Part shown: in pieces, positions 22,172 through 33,622 of the stretch
Layout: every line of letters begins with the position of its first letter
How positions within the stretch are numbered: the stretch's first letter is position 1
Assembly (NCBI GenBank): GCA_964019335.1
Contig: OZ025657.1
Span: 620,001 to 684,000 of the forward strand
Origin: Diplonema japonicum
Taxonomy: Eukaryota; Protista; Euglenozoa: Diplonemea
Reading direction: 5' to 3'
DNA length: 64,000 nucleotides
The notes under the pieces: generated by a model
What the model was told of the DNA's origin: nothing
The model's input: the letters and a program-made list of their open reading frames with translations, nothing else
Databases searched by the model: none
Program-made: the position numbers and the translations under genes

Positions 22172-23851
22172 TCACGACGGAGTGCTACTGCTACAAGTGC
22201 TAGAATCGATATACTCTGTGCCTGTTCCAGTGTCGTAGTGGTCAGGGCAAGGATCAAAACCCTCTTCACAGCTACGAGTGGACGCCGTAGCCTGGGAACT
22301 ACGGATGGTCTGCAATTCACTACGGTTCGCTTCGGCTTGTGATGGCAACACGCCAAGAGTAGCGAGAGAGACGTACGACATGATGCGTGCCCGTACTGCA
22401 ACAGGGAAACGGATGCCCGCAGGGCGCATGATCCCAGAGAGGGCAAACATGGCCTCTCGGTAGTGGTAGCTCGCCTGCTGCCGCGGGACTGTGGCTGTAC
22501 TGACCGTTGGAGCCTCCGGGTCCACGAGAAACAGCACCAACAGCTTCCGAACTCCAGGTTTGGTTTTGTCTACTAAATGGAAAGGTGAACACCTATGCTG
22601 GGTGTCATTCGGGAATGCCACAGCGCGCCCCTCCACTATCTCCACTTCTCCCAAGTACCACGACCTCGGCTCGTCGGGCACCATCCCGAACTGCAACATG
22701 GTCTCCTCTGTGACAGGAGGCTCCACTCCGACATACTTTCGGAATTCAAGGAAACTCTTCGTCACATTTTCACACTTGTAATAATAGATCACAGTGGCAA
22801 GGATCCTCTCGTGCTGCAAACCCTCCAAGTGCCATGACCCACCCTTGTAGCTCGGATTCTCTGGTGTCAGTCTAAACTCCACCTGCTTCACAATAGCTTG
22901 GAACCTGCTTAGTTTACCTATCTTGTGGAATCCAAGGGTTTTTTCCTTGATGAGCTCCCTTCCCTTCAGAAGCCACTCGTATGGGTTTGGTGTCAGCCGT
23001 TCTTTTGGTTTCACCAGACGTTTGAAGTGAGCTAATGCTTCTTCCGGGGGTTTTTGCAATATTGCCCTATCGGCACTTCCTACTTTGTCTCGGTAATATC
23101 TCACCATCCTTTTCAGCTGCGCCATCAGCCTCTCGCCATCATATTTCCAAAGAATGATCTCCAATGCGCATTTTTCAGTCCTAGGCAAGTGCTCGAATGT
23201 GATAACCGAGTAGTTGTACGGGAGAGCTTGCACAAGCTCATTGCGGACGTATTGCAAGAACTTCTTTGCGGTGTGCTTCTCTGGTGGTGTGAGGAGCTCT
23301 TCGGTAGCCCCTTCGTGTCCTCTTCCGTGTCCCACTGGAGCTTGGACCTTTGACCCATCTTCCTTTTTTTTCGTGAAATCCAGGGTCTCTTCCAGCAAAG
23401 GTAGCACCTCGGTGATCGTATTGCACAACAGCATTTCATCTGTGTGGCTAAAGACGTTGTTTATATAGCTCATAAGGTAAACTCTGTTATCCTTTACCCC
23501 GAATTCTGCTGGCAGCCATGAATGGATGCATTTCCCTGTGTACGGTGTCCACGAGAGCCCGCAGTGCTTTCTAGTTGGATTTTCTCGTTCAGCCCTTTCG
23601 ATGAATTCGTCCCATTTCTCTGAGAGGCAGTACATTGAGGGGTTTATCCCGTTCCAGCATTGCCCTGAGCTCCCTGGCTGCTTGTCGTAGGTCCCTGACA
23701 TCTCGAGACTATCCTCCTTCAGACTCCAGCAGCCATCTTTCACTACCACAAAGGCCGGTTCTGTTTTACTGGTATCTGTTGTCCACCCACTCCAAGAACT
23801 GTCCTGACGTGCTTTGAACAATGAGCAGCTCTCTTCATGCGTGCGGTCCAT
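22172..23851 (-). CDS. DUF4246 family protein (2OG-Fe(II) oxygenase-like fold)
   Basis: WLPAEF, SYINN, QAIVK...LTPENPSY.GGSWHLEG..HERILAT.IYYY..ENV, EGRAVAFPN..QH...F.L.D.TKPG.RK.L..FLVDP. Confidence 0.85.
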   Translation of the reverse strand: MDRTHEESCSLFKARQDSSWSGWTTDTSKTEPAFVVVKDGCWSLKEDSLEMSGTYDKQPGSSGQCWNGINPSMYCLSEKWDEFIERAERENPTRKHCGLSWTPYTGKCIHSWLPAEFGVKDNRVYLMSYINNVFSHTDEMLLCNTITEVLPLLEETLDFTKKKEDGSKVQAPVGHGRGHEGATEELLTPPEKHTAKKFLQYVRNELVQALPYNYSVITFEHLPRTEKCALEIILWKYDGERLMAQLKRMVRYYRDKVGSADRAILQKPPEEALAHFKRLVKPKERLTPNPYEWLLKGRELIKEKTLGFHKIGKLSRFQAIVKQVEFRLTPENPSYKGGSWHLEGLQHERILATVIYYYKCENVTKSFLEFRKYVGVEPPVTEETMLQFGMVPDEPRSWYLGEVEIVEGRAVAFPNDTQHRCSPFHLVDKTKPGVRKLLVLFLVDPEAPTVSTATVPRQQASYHYREAMFALSGIMRPAGIRFPVAVRARIMSYVSLATLGVLPSQAEANRSELQTIRSSQATASTRSCEEGFDPCPDHYDTGTGTEYIDSSTCSSSTPS

Positions 23852-24475
23852 GGTTTTTTTTTTTCCCCCCTTCTTTTTTTCTTCCCTATGGAATGGAAAA
23901 AAAAAAATAAGATGTTGTATTTTATCCATATTGCTATGTCCCTACGATACATGGCGTTCTAGGGGAAAGGTAAGAAGAAAAGAAAGAAAGAAAGAAAAAG
24001 AAAAGGAGATGGGAAGAAAGCGGTGCACTCTTGATAAGCATGCATGTCAAGCATCAGTACCTTCGCACTGCAGTGGCCGCCATCCTCAAATTTGTGGTTA
24101 TTCTTCTTTTTTTTTTCTCAAAAGCAACCCAATATTTTTTTCTTGTAACGTGCCTGCTACGTTTCGTTGACAACCGGTGACAAGCAGGTGATAGAACATG
24201 TTCTTCAACTTTTCGCACAAAGGAAGGAAAGGGGTCTGGAAACACTCATTTTGTGTACATGAAGAACGAGATCAGGCTACAATAAGCAGTGTTGCTCTGC
24301 AGCGCTGAAGCATGAATTAAGCACTTCATACACAAAGGAAGACAAGTAGAGGGATGGGGAGGGGAGGGGGGGAGACACTTAATACCAATGCAATGGCATA
24401 GTACTTTCCCCTACTGGACCCCTCAGTACTCACAAAGAGAAATAGCAACATAAGGCAATAAAAAAGAAACTCGAT

Positions 24476-24782
24476 GATTTAAAGGAAGCCGGTGGGGGCA
24501 CCCTGCACAAGCACCATTTACTTGATTACAGGGGGCGCACCTCGGCCTAGCTGTAGCTTCTTCTGCGTTCCGCGTCGTGTCCTTAATGCGTGCGGTGTGC
24601 AGCTCAACCCCAGCCGGGGCGCCCCGGGTAACCAAGATTCTGCGCTCGTGCAGTTTGCTGCCTGTTCGCCACCCAGAGCATCTGCTTCTTCCACTTGGGC
24701 GCTACCGGTGATGACCGACGGGGAGGTCAAGCGAACAACACATCTGATGTACTTCTTTATATTTCCATGTTATCCCCACCAC

Positions 24783-24812
<30 letters not shown>
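24476..24812. repeat. Solo, CpG-intact copy of a ~300-bp repeat followed by a long A tract
   Basis: Aligns by eye with many copies at 37.06-41.8 kb (GTAGCTTCTTCTGC, GGGTAACCAAGATTCTGC, GAACAACACATCTGATG, TTATCCCCACCACC). Confidence 0.85.
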
Positions 24813-24815
<3 letters not shown>

Positions 24816-25079
24816 TGGGAAGAGAGAGAGATAAAAAAAAAGGGAAGAAAGAAACTAAACATTTCAGGCTTTGCATTTCGTGCTTGCCGTGGAAAATAAA
24901 AATAGAACAAAACAAAACAAAAGAAAAAAGAAAACACAAAAAGAACTCGAGAGCGCTCCACGGGTGTTAATGTAACCATGGAACACTGATAAAGAAAACT
25001 TAGTAGAGAAAGGAAATAGAATATAAAAAAGGAAGGGAAGTTCGTACTACACGCGCCTTGCAGTGGCGGATAGTGGCAC

Positions 25080-28000
25080 TCACAACCTCAGGTTCATAGG
25101 GGTCCTCATAATAGATGGAGAGCGTGTAGGCTTATGTATAGGAGAGCTGTTGCCTTCCACTGTGGGGAAATCTCGCTCCTCTAGGTCGTGAAGAGTGGCC
25201 TTCTTGTTAGAGATTCGTGAGGCAGCCTGTGGACCAATCCCCCAGCGTTTTACAACCTTGGGTTGGGGGCTGCGCTCCGGACCTCTCAACTTAGTTGGCG
25301 AAATAGAGCGGTTGGAAGTAGGGACAGAGGGTCGGCGCTCACCTGGCCGTTGTCTCTCAGGCGACTGGCTCTTGTCGTATCTCCTCTCTACGTCTTGAGT
25401 CAGTCTCGCGAACACCCCTCTCAGCGACACCGAGGGCACCTTTTTCACGCCGAAGCCACTTCCCCGCCTTGTAGGTGATGCAGTCCCTTTGTAGAATTTC
25501 CGCCAATGCTTGGCTTGGCTTACTGCCGATTTGAAGTGACCTACAACCGAAGCTACCAGTTCTTCTCCTTCGGCTCCTGTCTCGTCCACGAGTATCTTGT
25601 ATTTCCCCGGAACGCCTTTCAACCATGGAAGCTGTTTCTCCTCTTCCTTCGTGCAGCTAACCGTGTCGTCCAAGATGTTCTGCACCAATCCTGTAAAGCC
25701 CCGCGTGTATTGGTGCACGGTTTGAAGCTGTTCAGATGTAAGAAGAGCCAGTTTATTCTGTTTCTGCAGAGCATTCGCTACCTTCCCGTCGATGGTGTCC
25801 TGTGCGTCTTGGAGAAGGTTCTTAACAACCTGCAGCAGGTCTCTGACCGTCACATGGGCACGTGCTTCGCGGAAAATCTCTGAAGAAGGCAACGAGTCTT
25901 CAAGTCCCATCCTGAGTTTCTCAAGTGTCTCCATCTGTTTAGCTTTTGCCCTCCCCATCGACTTGAAGCTCTTCATAATGATATCCAACACCTTGCGCTC
26001 TTCGTTCCCACACGTCTCAGGCGACAAGCGCTTCACTTCCTCCATTTCGACGGTCCTTTTGAACTGTTTGAACTTTGACTTGTTCCTCGTTGTTCTGTCG
26101 TCAGTAAAGCCCATTGCCAAGTACATCCTTTCGAAGATTCCTCGCGGATACATCTGGTGCACAGTTACGCAAGGTGAGCATTCGGGTAATTCGGGGCTTT
26201 CTAAAGTGCCCATGAAGCTCATTGTCGTGCTTGTGCACACAGGTACCTCGTCGATCACGTTCTGCGACGCCAGAATCTGACCAGGACGGGCAAGGGACGC
26301 AAGGAAGGACGGTGTGGCCACGTGGTCAGGAAAATACATGACAGTTTTTCTGAACGGATCTATTGTGGGAGTCGTGTCAGGGGTCTTAAAGATAGCTATC
26401 TGGGGTGCAAGCCCATATGACACGAGCTTCCCGTTCCAGTACTTCTTCTTCGTTCCTTCAAAAGCCTCGCAGCATTCCGGCCACACAGCGGAACACAACC
26501 GTTCTTGTACTTTGAGACACCATTCGAGTGCAGCATCGCACTTCTTGAAAACAAGCACTCCTATCTCGTTTATCTGCATGTCTCCCCGTCCTGTCCCACC
26601 AAACCATTGATATGGCACCCCCACTTGCTCTCCGGTGTTCTTCAGCACATTAAAATATATTTTTTGAGCCTCTTCCCACTCAGCTTTCGCGAAGGCAGTT
26701 TCCATCTCATCCGTGGCAAGCTTCACAGCGACGATGAAGACTTCCCCCGAAGGCGCGTTGGCGAGCATCTCATCAGCAGTGGCCATCTCCTCGTCCACGT
26801 CGTCTTCGTCATCGCTGGACACCTCTTTCACCCCATCGATCTTCTTTCCTTGTTGTAGCTGTTCGAAACGCTCCTTCAGACATCTTGGCGTCATTCTAAA
26901 TATTTCCACTCCCCCTGCAATTCCCTTCAGCTGAACAACATTGTGGCTGCAGATGCTAGGAAACCCTAACTCATTTAACACGGGCTGCACGTCATCGATG
27001 ACCTCCTTAGTGACAGCGATCATCCCACCCAGTGCTTGTGACTCAACCCTCGCTGTCTTGTTCACCATGGGACCCAAGTAGTCCATCCTTGAAGTGCACG
27101 GGTCGACCTTGCACAGGGGTTCACCTTTGTTGATACCAATACGCACCTTAAGTCCTCTCCAGAGGAACATCAAATCCTCTTCCTCGACTGTGGGATCCTC
27201 CAGCTTCGTGCCAGTGATCCCCAAATGGGTAGTGGGGCATTCGGGAAGGTCATCGAGCTCCTCCGGCCACTCCAAGTTGAGAAGCTGCATCTGCAGGTGT
27301 AACGAGAACTTGACTGCTTGCGCGGCGCTCGCGAAAGCCACCATGAATGCGTCACCAAGGGTCTTCACTTCGTACCCGTCAAAAGCGTCGATGGCATCCC
27401 TTACCAGCTCGTTGTGCATTTGGAGGGCTCTAGACATAATAGCCGGAGCAGCCTCCCAAATTCTGGTTGAGCCCTGAATGTCCGTGAAAGCAAGTGTCAC
27501 TTCTCCTGTGGGGGCTTTTTCTAACAGTTTTTTTTTCCTTAAGTCTTCCGATCGTGTCCTGCTTAAGTTTAAGAATGCCATCGGGTCCAGGAAGGGCTCA
27601 GACTCCACGTTCTCGGACTCGAGCAGGCTCACTGCTCTGGCTTCCTGGTCTGCAGAGATCTTCTCAAGTTCTGCATTCCTATCTCGCAGATCAGCCACCT
27701 GACGTTCAAGGTTCTCATATAGTTCTGAAAGTGTCGCGTTGTCAGACCTCACCGACTTAAGCTGCCCGTGAAGACTTAGGACGGTTGCATCCCTATCCAC
27801 GATGGCGGTCTCTAAACGCTTCACAGCAGACAGAAGCTGCTGACGCTCATTGCTGTAGTCTTCCATCACCAGTGCCTCCTCCTCAAGCTTGTGAATGGTG
27901 TCTTTGTGAGATTGTATTTCATCAAGAAACAGATCGCTCTGCATAGTAAGCTGCTTAATGTACATGAGGTCCTCCTCCCTAGTTCTGCTGTACATTTCCG

Positions 28001-28394
28001 ACGGCAGTGGTGGCGGTTGATATTTGAGGCCCGTTGGGGTGGATATCAAACCTACCGGGATCGACGAGGGGGCAAGTGCAGGAGTCGATGCTTCCGAATG
28101 GTACAGCTCTTCTGATGTTGCAGGCACCGCGTGCTCACCGTTGAGTCTGCCACGCCCCAGAGGACTCTGCGAGCCTTCCGACGAGAACTGTGAGTCGCCG
28201 CTGACAGGGCTTGCCCTGTTGCTTTTTATCGGCTCTAGTTCCTTCCGTCTTACTGGTTTCTTTCGGATGGGGCTTGCCCACGAGTCCTTCAGTGGCTTGT
28301 TGTTGAGAAGGATGTCTTGTACGCTCATCCGCGCTGCCAGGGGCATCTTGTCCCTTACCGTGCGGTACTCCTTTAAGGACTCCTCATTGTCCAT
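25080..28394 (-). CDS. Soluble class III adenylate cyclase: coiled coil, one intact and one degenerate cyclase domain
   Basis: First domain has LAFTDIQGST, YEVKTLGDAFM, GLKVRIGI, DYLGPMVNKTARVE. Second copy APSGEVFIVAVKL...GLAPQIAI...ARPGQIL lacks the metal-binding Asp. No TM segment seen. Confidence 0.88.
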   Translation of the reverse strand: MDNEESLKEYRTVRDKMPLAARMSVQDILLNNKPLKDSWASPIRKKPVRRKELEPIKSNRASPVSGDSQFSSEGSQSPLGRGRLNGEHAVPATSEELYHSEASTPALAPSSIPVGLISTPTGLKYQPPPLPSEMYSRTREEDLMYIKQLTMQSDLFLDEIQSHKDTIHKLEEEALVMEDYSNERQQLLSAVKRLETAIVDRDATVLSLHGQLKSVRSDNATLSELYENLERQVADLRDRNAELEKISADQEARAVSLLESENVESEPFLDPMAFLNLSRTRSEDLRKKKLLEKAPTGEVTLAFTDIQGSTRIWEAAPAIMSRALQMHNELVRDAIDAFDGYEVKTLGDAFMVAFASAAQAVKFSLHLQMQLLNLEWPEELDDLPECPTTHLGITGTKLEDPTVEEEDLMFLWRGLKVRIGINKGEPLCKVDPCTSRMDYLGPMVNKTARVESQALGGMIAVTKEVIDDVQPVLNELGFPSICSHNVVQLKGIAGGVEIFRMTPRCLKERFEQLQQGKKIDGVKEVSSDDEDDVDEEMATADEMLANAPSGEVFIVAVKLATDEMETAFAKAEWEEAQKIYFNVLKNTGEQVGVPYQWFGGTGRGDMQINEIGVLVFKKCDAALEWCLKVQERLCSAVWPECCEAFEGTKKKYWNGKLVSYGLAPQIAIFKTPDTTPTIDPFRKTVMYFPDHVATPSFLASLARPGQILASQNVIDEVPVCTSTTMSFMGTLESPELPECSPCVTVHQMYPRGIFERMYLAMGFTDDRTTRNKSKFKQFKRTVEMEEVKRLSPETCGNEERKVLDIIMKSFKSMGRAKAKQMETLEKLRMGLEDSLPSSEIFREARAHVTVRDLLQVVKNLLQDAQDTIDGKVANALQKQNKLALLTSEQLQTVHQYTRGFTGLVQNILDDTVSCTKEEEKQLPWLKGVPGKYKILVDETGAEGEELVASVVGHFKSAVSQAKHWRKFYKGTASPTRRGSGFGVKKVPSVSLRGVFARLTQDVERRYDKSQSPERQRPGERRPSVPTSNRSISPTKLRGPERSPQPKVVKRWGIGPQAASRISNKKATLHDLEERDFPTVEGNSSPIHKPTRSPSIMRTPMNLRL

Positions 28395-29099
28395 GCTTCC
28401 CTGTTGTGGTGTGGGGTTTGTCAGAAGGGAGCAAACATAACAAAATACAAACCTGGACAAAAGAAAAAAATACACAGTGAAGTGAAGGGAGGCGGTTAAA
28501 AATAGCCAACAGGGAAAGATATGAGGGGAGGGGGATGGGATAGACTAGTACAAAGAGACCTTCCTTTATTTCCACTTCTTTCCTTCTTTGCTTTCTAATT
28601 GCCACGCAAAGGTTCGCATCGCTCAGACCTAGAAGCAAAGAGCTTGCTGTCACGAAGACGTGGACAACGCAGGCAACGCAACAAAGAGGAGAAATCTGCA
28701 AATTTATTTACATTTAGAAAAATTGCCCTGAGGCAGTACTGACACTTTTAGGCTACTAAAGAGAAAGAAAGAAAAACTGAACTAAATGGTTATTTCACGA
28801 AAGTCAAGTGATAATTAATACAAAGTACATTCGGGAGACGCCACAGCACAGCCGCCACGCGATGATATAGATACTAAGCTCTAAAGCTCAGTTGAAGGGC
28901 ACGGAAAGTCCGGGCAACCAGAAAGTTCTTTACAAACTTCGACGATTTCATGACACGCACTAGAAAAGGTCGCATCTTATGTCCTATGCAGTGAAGCATT
29001 AGACCAAAGCTTGCTTTCCTTCGGAAGTGGAAAGCTATGCGCCAATAACCGTATTATCCCATTTTCACGTTTTCTTTTCATCTTTTTTTCATCGAAGAC

Positions 29100-31726
29100 T
29101 TATGGTTGTCTATAGTTTTTCATTTGGTGTAATTGACGGTCGAATCTGTTTGTATATTAACCCCAGACTTTTTTGTTTCACACCTTAACACCAACCTCTG
29201 CGCGCTGAACGTCAGTAAGCGGACATCCTGGCAAGTGTGCACCTGTAATGTTGCAACGAAGGAGGAACATACCTGCTTCGAGCCAATATGTGTGAGTCTC
29301 TTCCCTACAAAGGCGTCCAGTCCATGGAGTGCACCTGGGGACCATTCGTCCACGTCTTCCAATACAAGGCTATCTTCGCCTTGGAACTTTGCGCCGAGTG
29401 ACTCCGATATCTGCTTTTTAATAGTGATTTCATGTTCACGGGTCGCAGGTACGGATGCAGCGGGCGCAGGTGAAATTGCACGGAGGGAGTTCTCCAGTCG
29501 GCGAAGCTGTGCTTCCTTGCGTTCAGTATCTGCTTTTGCTTTTTCAATCAGGTCACGTGCCTTCTTTGATGCGGTTGGCGCCCTGTTCGGGGCACGTCGC
29601 ACGAAGTCCTCCTCCTGCCGCTCCACTTCCGCCCACCCTGCACTGACCTCGTCTCGTAATTCTCTGATAGCATCAAACCCAGCAGGCTGACCCTTGCTCC
29701 TCTTAACACTTGCACTACCACCACCTAAGGTTTTTGCGAGGTTCTTACTAAGTTTTTCTAACTCGGCATCCTTCCCGCTGTTCTCGGTGTTCATCTTTCG
29801 CATCTCTCGCTGCAAATCCTTCTTCTCTCTGCGAAGCTTCTCCACCTCTGCAGTCAGTCGCTCGCATCTTTCTGTATCTCTGATAACCGAGAGATCTTCA
29901 TTTCTCTGTTTTAGATCAAACAATTCTGTTCTCTGTTTTTCGATGTCGTTTGCGGCGGCCTGTTCTTGAAGGGCCGCTTGCTCGAGCTTTCCTTTTAGGA
30001 TTTCGATCTTTTTCATTGCACGCATAAGGCTGGCGTCGTTCTCTGTCTCCTGAGTACTTTGCAGTTGCTCGTGTTCTTCCCTTAATCTTCTGTACCTTTC
30101 TGTGAGGCTTCCCAGCTTGGCTTCTGCTTGGTCTTTTGAAATGCTGATTTCTTCAATTTTTTCCGTCAGCTCCAAGAGCTCCCTACGCAGCTGCTTGTTA
30201 TCTGCTTGCAGGGCATTTAAAGACGAATGTGAAGGAGCGGCCACAGCAGCGAAGTCTTTCTTCAGGTCCGAGATGTCTTGTTCCATATCGCGGCAGTTCT
30301 GCGTCAGCGTTCCGTTCTTCTCAATGAGTGTTTTCTTCTCTTGCTTTACCTTCTCCAATTCTGCCTCATGCCCGACTCCTGCATCACGTGAAGCATCTCT
30401 CTCCGTGCTGATGGCTGCCTTTAGTTCTTCGTTCTCAGTCTTTAAACGAGCCACACTTCTCTCCAAAGCCGTCAGATCAGACTTCAAACCAGACTCCCGC
30501 AGGGTCTGCTCCCTGAGCTGCTTTGTCACCGCCTCCACCTCCATCTCCTTGACTGCGATGACTTCCTTGTACCGCTCAGCCTCCTTCTGGAAGGTGTGGG
30601 ACCGCGTGGCCTCCAAAGCACTGCCCAAGCTGGACTCTGATCCTGGCGGTGTCATTAAACTGACGCTCTTCTTTGGCTCCTTGTATTCCTCGGATATCCC
30701 GGTCTTGGGAACATGTGCCCTCTTTTTAGACTTCTTCACCAGTACACGAACTTGTTTCGTCTTTCTTTTCTTTTTTCTGTTGTAGTCCGGGGATTCAGGA
30801 CCGATTTTCCCCACCCTCCCTTGTGCAGCAGCCGCTGCATGTTTTGCTATTATGTCTTCAACAGAAACAAGACCACCCTCATCCGAGCTGGATGCCAAGA
30901 CATCGGCGTTCGATTTCTCACTTGAAGACACAGTGGTGTAGGACGAGTAAGACTGCTCTTCGTAGTTGCTAGTGTACTCCGATGCCTCTTCGTCGGTTGT
31001 GTAGCCCACATGAGAAGAAGACCCAGCACGACTCCTGGGCGACACTGATGTCGATGAGGAAGATGCGCTCTGGTAGTGGAACTCTCTAGCATCATTCTTT
31101 AACTTAAAGATTTCGTCATAGAGAGACTCCGTGAGTCGTTTTTCTTTTTCGTATCTTGCTCTGTACATGGACTCTTGGGCTGCATCATCCTGACGTTTTA
31201 GCATGTTTTCTAAGCGTGAGGCCTTTTCAGTAGCAAGAAGGCGCTCCATCTCAGACGTGTCAAGGTTTTGCTGCAAGGCCACAATGGAGACTCTCCTGGA
31301 AACATTCTCTGGCAGTTTGTACGACTTCTCTAGCGACATATGTCGCTTCACTGATGCGGTGACCGAGCTCACGGACAGTTCCTCATAGCACCACCGCATC
31401 ACGAGGAGCTCGTTCCTTCGCTGAAGCTCCTTCGCGAACTTCTGCAACCTTCTCCTTTCCCGTGCCCACTGCCTCCATACATCCCACTTTCTCCGTACTA
31501 CTGTCTCTGCGTAGTGTCGCTCTAAGACCATCAGAGTCATAACACCACCGCAGCCAAGCCTTCTCAACCCGCTGCTCGTCCCTCGTTTGAGCATTTCATC
31601 AATCTTTCCAGCTGCGCCATCTATCTGGAGGATTGCCTTGGTGTGCGCCTCTTTCAAGCCCCGGATGTCCATGTGAGATCCTGGAGGGAGTGATAAGTCA
31701 GAAACTTTAAAAACCCGGAATAACAT
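29100..31726 (-). CDS. Long coiled-coil protein with C-terminal PDZ-like domain, 3 exons
   Basis: Heptad-rich body and C-terminal SLGAKF..LVLEDV...SPG...GL..FVG.RLTHIG. Introns 29243-29272 and 29146-29183 give the end LVLRFDRQLHQMKNYRQP*. Confidence 0.7.
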
Positions 31727-31833
31727 CTAAGAGCAAGTGAGCAACATTGGATAGATTTAAGAATTTACACAAAAAGAAAACTGGTGAACAAAAGGCCGCT
31801 GACTTTTGTGAACTGCACAGAGAGAAACTGATA

Positions 31834-32526
31834 TCATTTCACACCCACTTTTTTGCCTGGAGGGGATGCACCCGGTGTAAGGGGCGTTCGGTAAAGAGAG
31901 TGCTGATAAGCTGACCCGCCTGAAAGCGGCTTCTTTACTTTGAATTGGGGTGGTGAGGTATGAGAGACGCTGTGAATTGCCTTGGTCTTGGTAGCAGATG
32001 GTGGGCGTGCCTGCTCGGCTTCTGTGTAGAGGAGTGTAATAGAGTCAATGAGTGATTTCTCTTTTTCCTTTAAGAGCGTGGGATCTAGTCTGCGGCCTGG
32101 AGCCTGTTTAGACTTCTCCGCCTGCCTCGAGGGTGATGGTGTGGATGGGACGCTGTGTTGTTTTGGTACTTTTTTTTTCATCTCCTTAAGGTCGTTCTGC
32201 AAAGCTTCAATAGTCGCATCCTTGAGCTTACTGTTTTTGGCCATTTCCTCAAAGTCTTTTTCTAACAGTTTATATTTACGCAGCAACTCGGACATCAGAT
32301 TTTGAATTTCAACCAGCTGCTCGATTTCCACGACCTGGCTACTCCCGTCGCCCAAGCACCCCAGTACAGCTTTCACTAGTAAGCCCTCCTCGCCTTTAGT
32401 TGCCTCCAGCACAGCCCTCAAGTCATTCTTCACCATGAATCCTATTGCCCTAGACATCTGGTTTTCAGTCACGTTTCTATTTTGAAGGGCGTGCTTCACC
32501 TTTTCTATCGTTCCTGCTGACGACAT
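31834..32526 (-). CDS. Hypothetical coiled-coil protein (3' end may be spliced)
   Basis: 230-aa ATG ORF with coiled coil and P/S-rich tail. A possible intron GTGGGT...GTGCAG spans the stop. Confidence 0.6.
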   Translation of the reverse strand: MSSAGTIEKVKHALQNRNVTENQMSRAIGFMVKNDLRAVLEATKGEEGLLVKAVLGCLGDGSSQVVEIEQLVEIQNLMSELLRKYKLLEKDFEEMAKNSKLKDATIEALQNDLKEMKKKVPKQHSVPSTPSPSRQAEKSKQAPGRRLDPTLLKEKEKSLIDSITLLYTEAEQARPPSATKTKAIHSVSHTSPPQFKVKKPLSGGSAYQHSLYRTPLTPGASPPGKKVGVK

Positions 32527-32727
32527 TTCCCCCCCCCCCCCCCCCCTCCCCGCCCGGTTCTTTCCCTACCCTGTGATGTGTTATTTATTTTAGAAAAATA
32601 CAGACAATTGGTGTATTGGACAAGAGTTGGCTTCGTACTGAAATTAAAGTCCTATGTCAATTGAATTCAAACAACAAGGCAAGGAAGGCTAGGGTACTTC
32701 TTAGACAGGAAAAAAAAAAGAGTACAT

Positions 32728-33435
32728 CTACAGGTTATGGGCAGTAATGGCCGTATCAAATGCTTCAAGGAATAGGTGGATGCCGCCCATTTGCCTGGCA
32801 GACCGGTCACAGATGTCAATAGAGGTAAGTACAGGGTCCTGGGTTGTAGCTGCCCAGTTGAGGACCGCCTGGACAACAGCTTTCCGTGCAGCAAGTTGCT
32901 CTTGTTGTTTGATGTTGGTTGTGGGATGATAGTGTGTAAAGATACCGCCGCTGATGGCGGGGATTGTGCAGGATTTTGCGATAAGATAGTTTGAGGCGTT
33001 CAAGGAACGTGCAACGACCTTTCGGATCCTGGGCAAGACCATCCTGAACGTTCTGTCGCTAATTGGGTAATCGTTCCAGTTCGGGCCCACAGCGTGTACA
33101 ATGTACCTTACACCTTGTGAGGCCAGCCCCCCTGCCGCGTCTTGAACCCCTGCTTGCAATGTAGGTATTTTAAGCCCCTTATGTTCCGCTCCTTCATCAT
33201 CCCACCATGTCTTTTCCTTGCGCACCACTACATCAGGTTTGCAAGCGTTTCTTAAGGCACCCGACACCCCCCCGTCCATGGGCATGAAACTCAAGCTGTT
33301 TGCTGCGTTTACCACAACATCGCTGCAGACTTCAGTGATGTTAGCTTCAATGATGCGCACATGCACACGCCCAGGTCCCACCACCACCTCCCTGTGCACC
33401 TTCAAGAGGACCGGGGCCTCGCGGACGCCGGACAT
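32728..33435 (-). CDS. Macrodomain protein (MacroD-type ADP-ribose binding/hydrolase)
   Basis: DVVVNAAN, GGVSGAL, YIVHAVGP, IPAISGGIF. Confidence 0.85.
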   Translation of the reverse strand: MSGVREAPVLLKVHREVVVGPGRVHVRIIEANITEVCSDVVVNAANSLSFMPMDGGVSGALRNACKPDVVVRKEKTWWDDEGAEHKGLKIPTLQAGVQDAAGGLASQGVRYIVHAVGPNWNDYPISDRTFRMVLPRIRKVVARSLNASNYLIAKSCTIPAISGGIFTHYHPTTNIKQQEQLAARKAVVQAVLNWAATTQDPVLTSIDICDRSARQMGGIHLFLEAFDTAITAHNL

Positions 33436-33622
33436 TTTGTCTTTGTGGTATACGGCAAGGGCATAAACAAAGAATAAAGGAAGCTAGTAGGGAGAGGAAG
33501 GGAGAAGATGCAACTCCACGCAGATCCGTTTCAGGTTAGGTGAAATCTCCGGGGTTGGCAAATGAACGAGAGAGTGGATATAATCTTGAAACCGCAACTA
33601 CCGGCTGGTTTCATATGTGTAC

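Noticed and set aside
28898-29175. GGAAAGTCCGGGC resembles the RNase P RNA CR-I/P4 motif, with CCCAGACTTT about 260 nt downstream
   Set aside because: The partner strand is imperfect, lies antisense within an intron of the coiled-coil gene, and lacks the CR-V context. It is also opposite to the cluster's transcription. An Infernal search with RNase P/MRP models would settle it.
31727-31860. Possible splicing of the 31834-32526 ORF onto the 29100-31726 gene
   Set aside because: Both plausible splice phases hit a stop before 31726, and a separate acceptor TTAG sits directly before that ATG.
640-33466. Long plus-strand ORFs antisense to minus-strand genes (for example 640-1272, 5189-6040, 30102-30785), and the mirror cases after 42 kb
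   Set aside because: Shadow ORFs caused by codon bias of the real genes.
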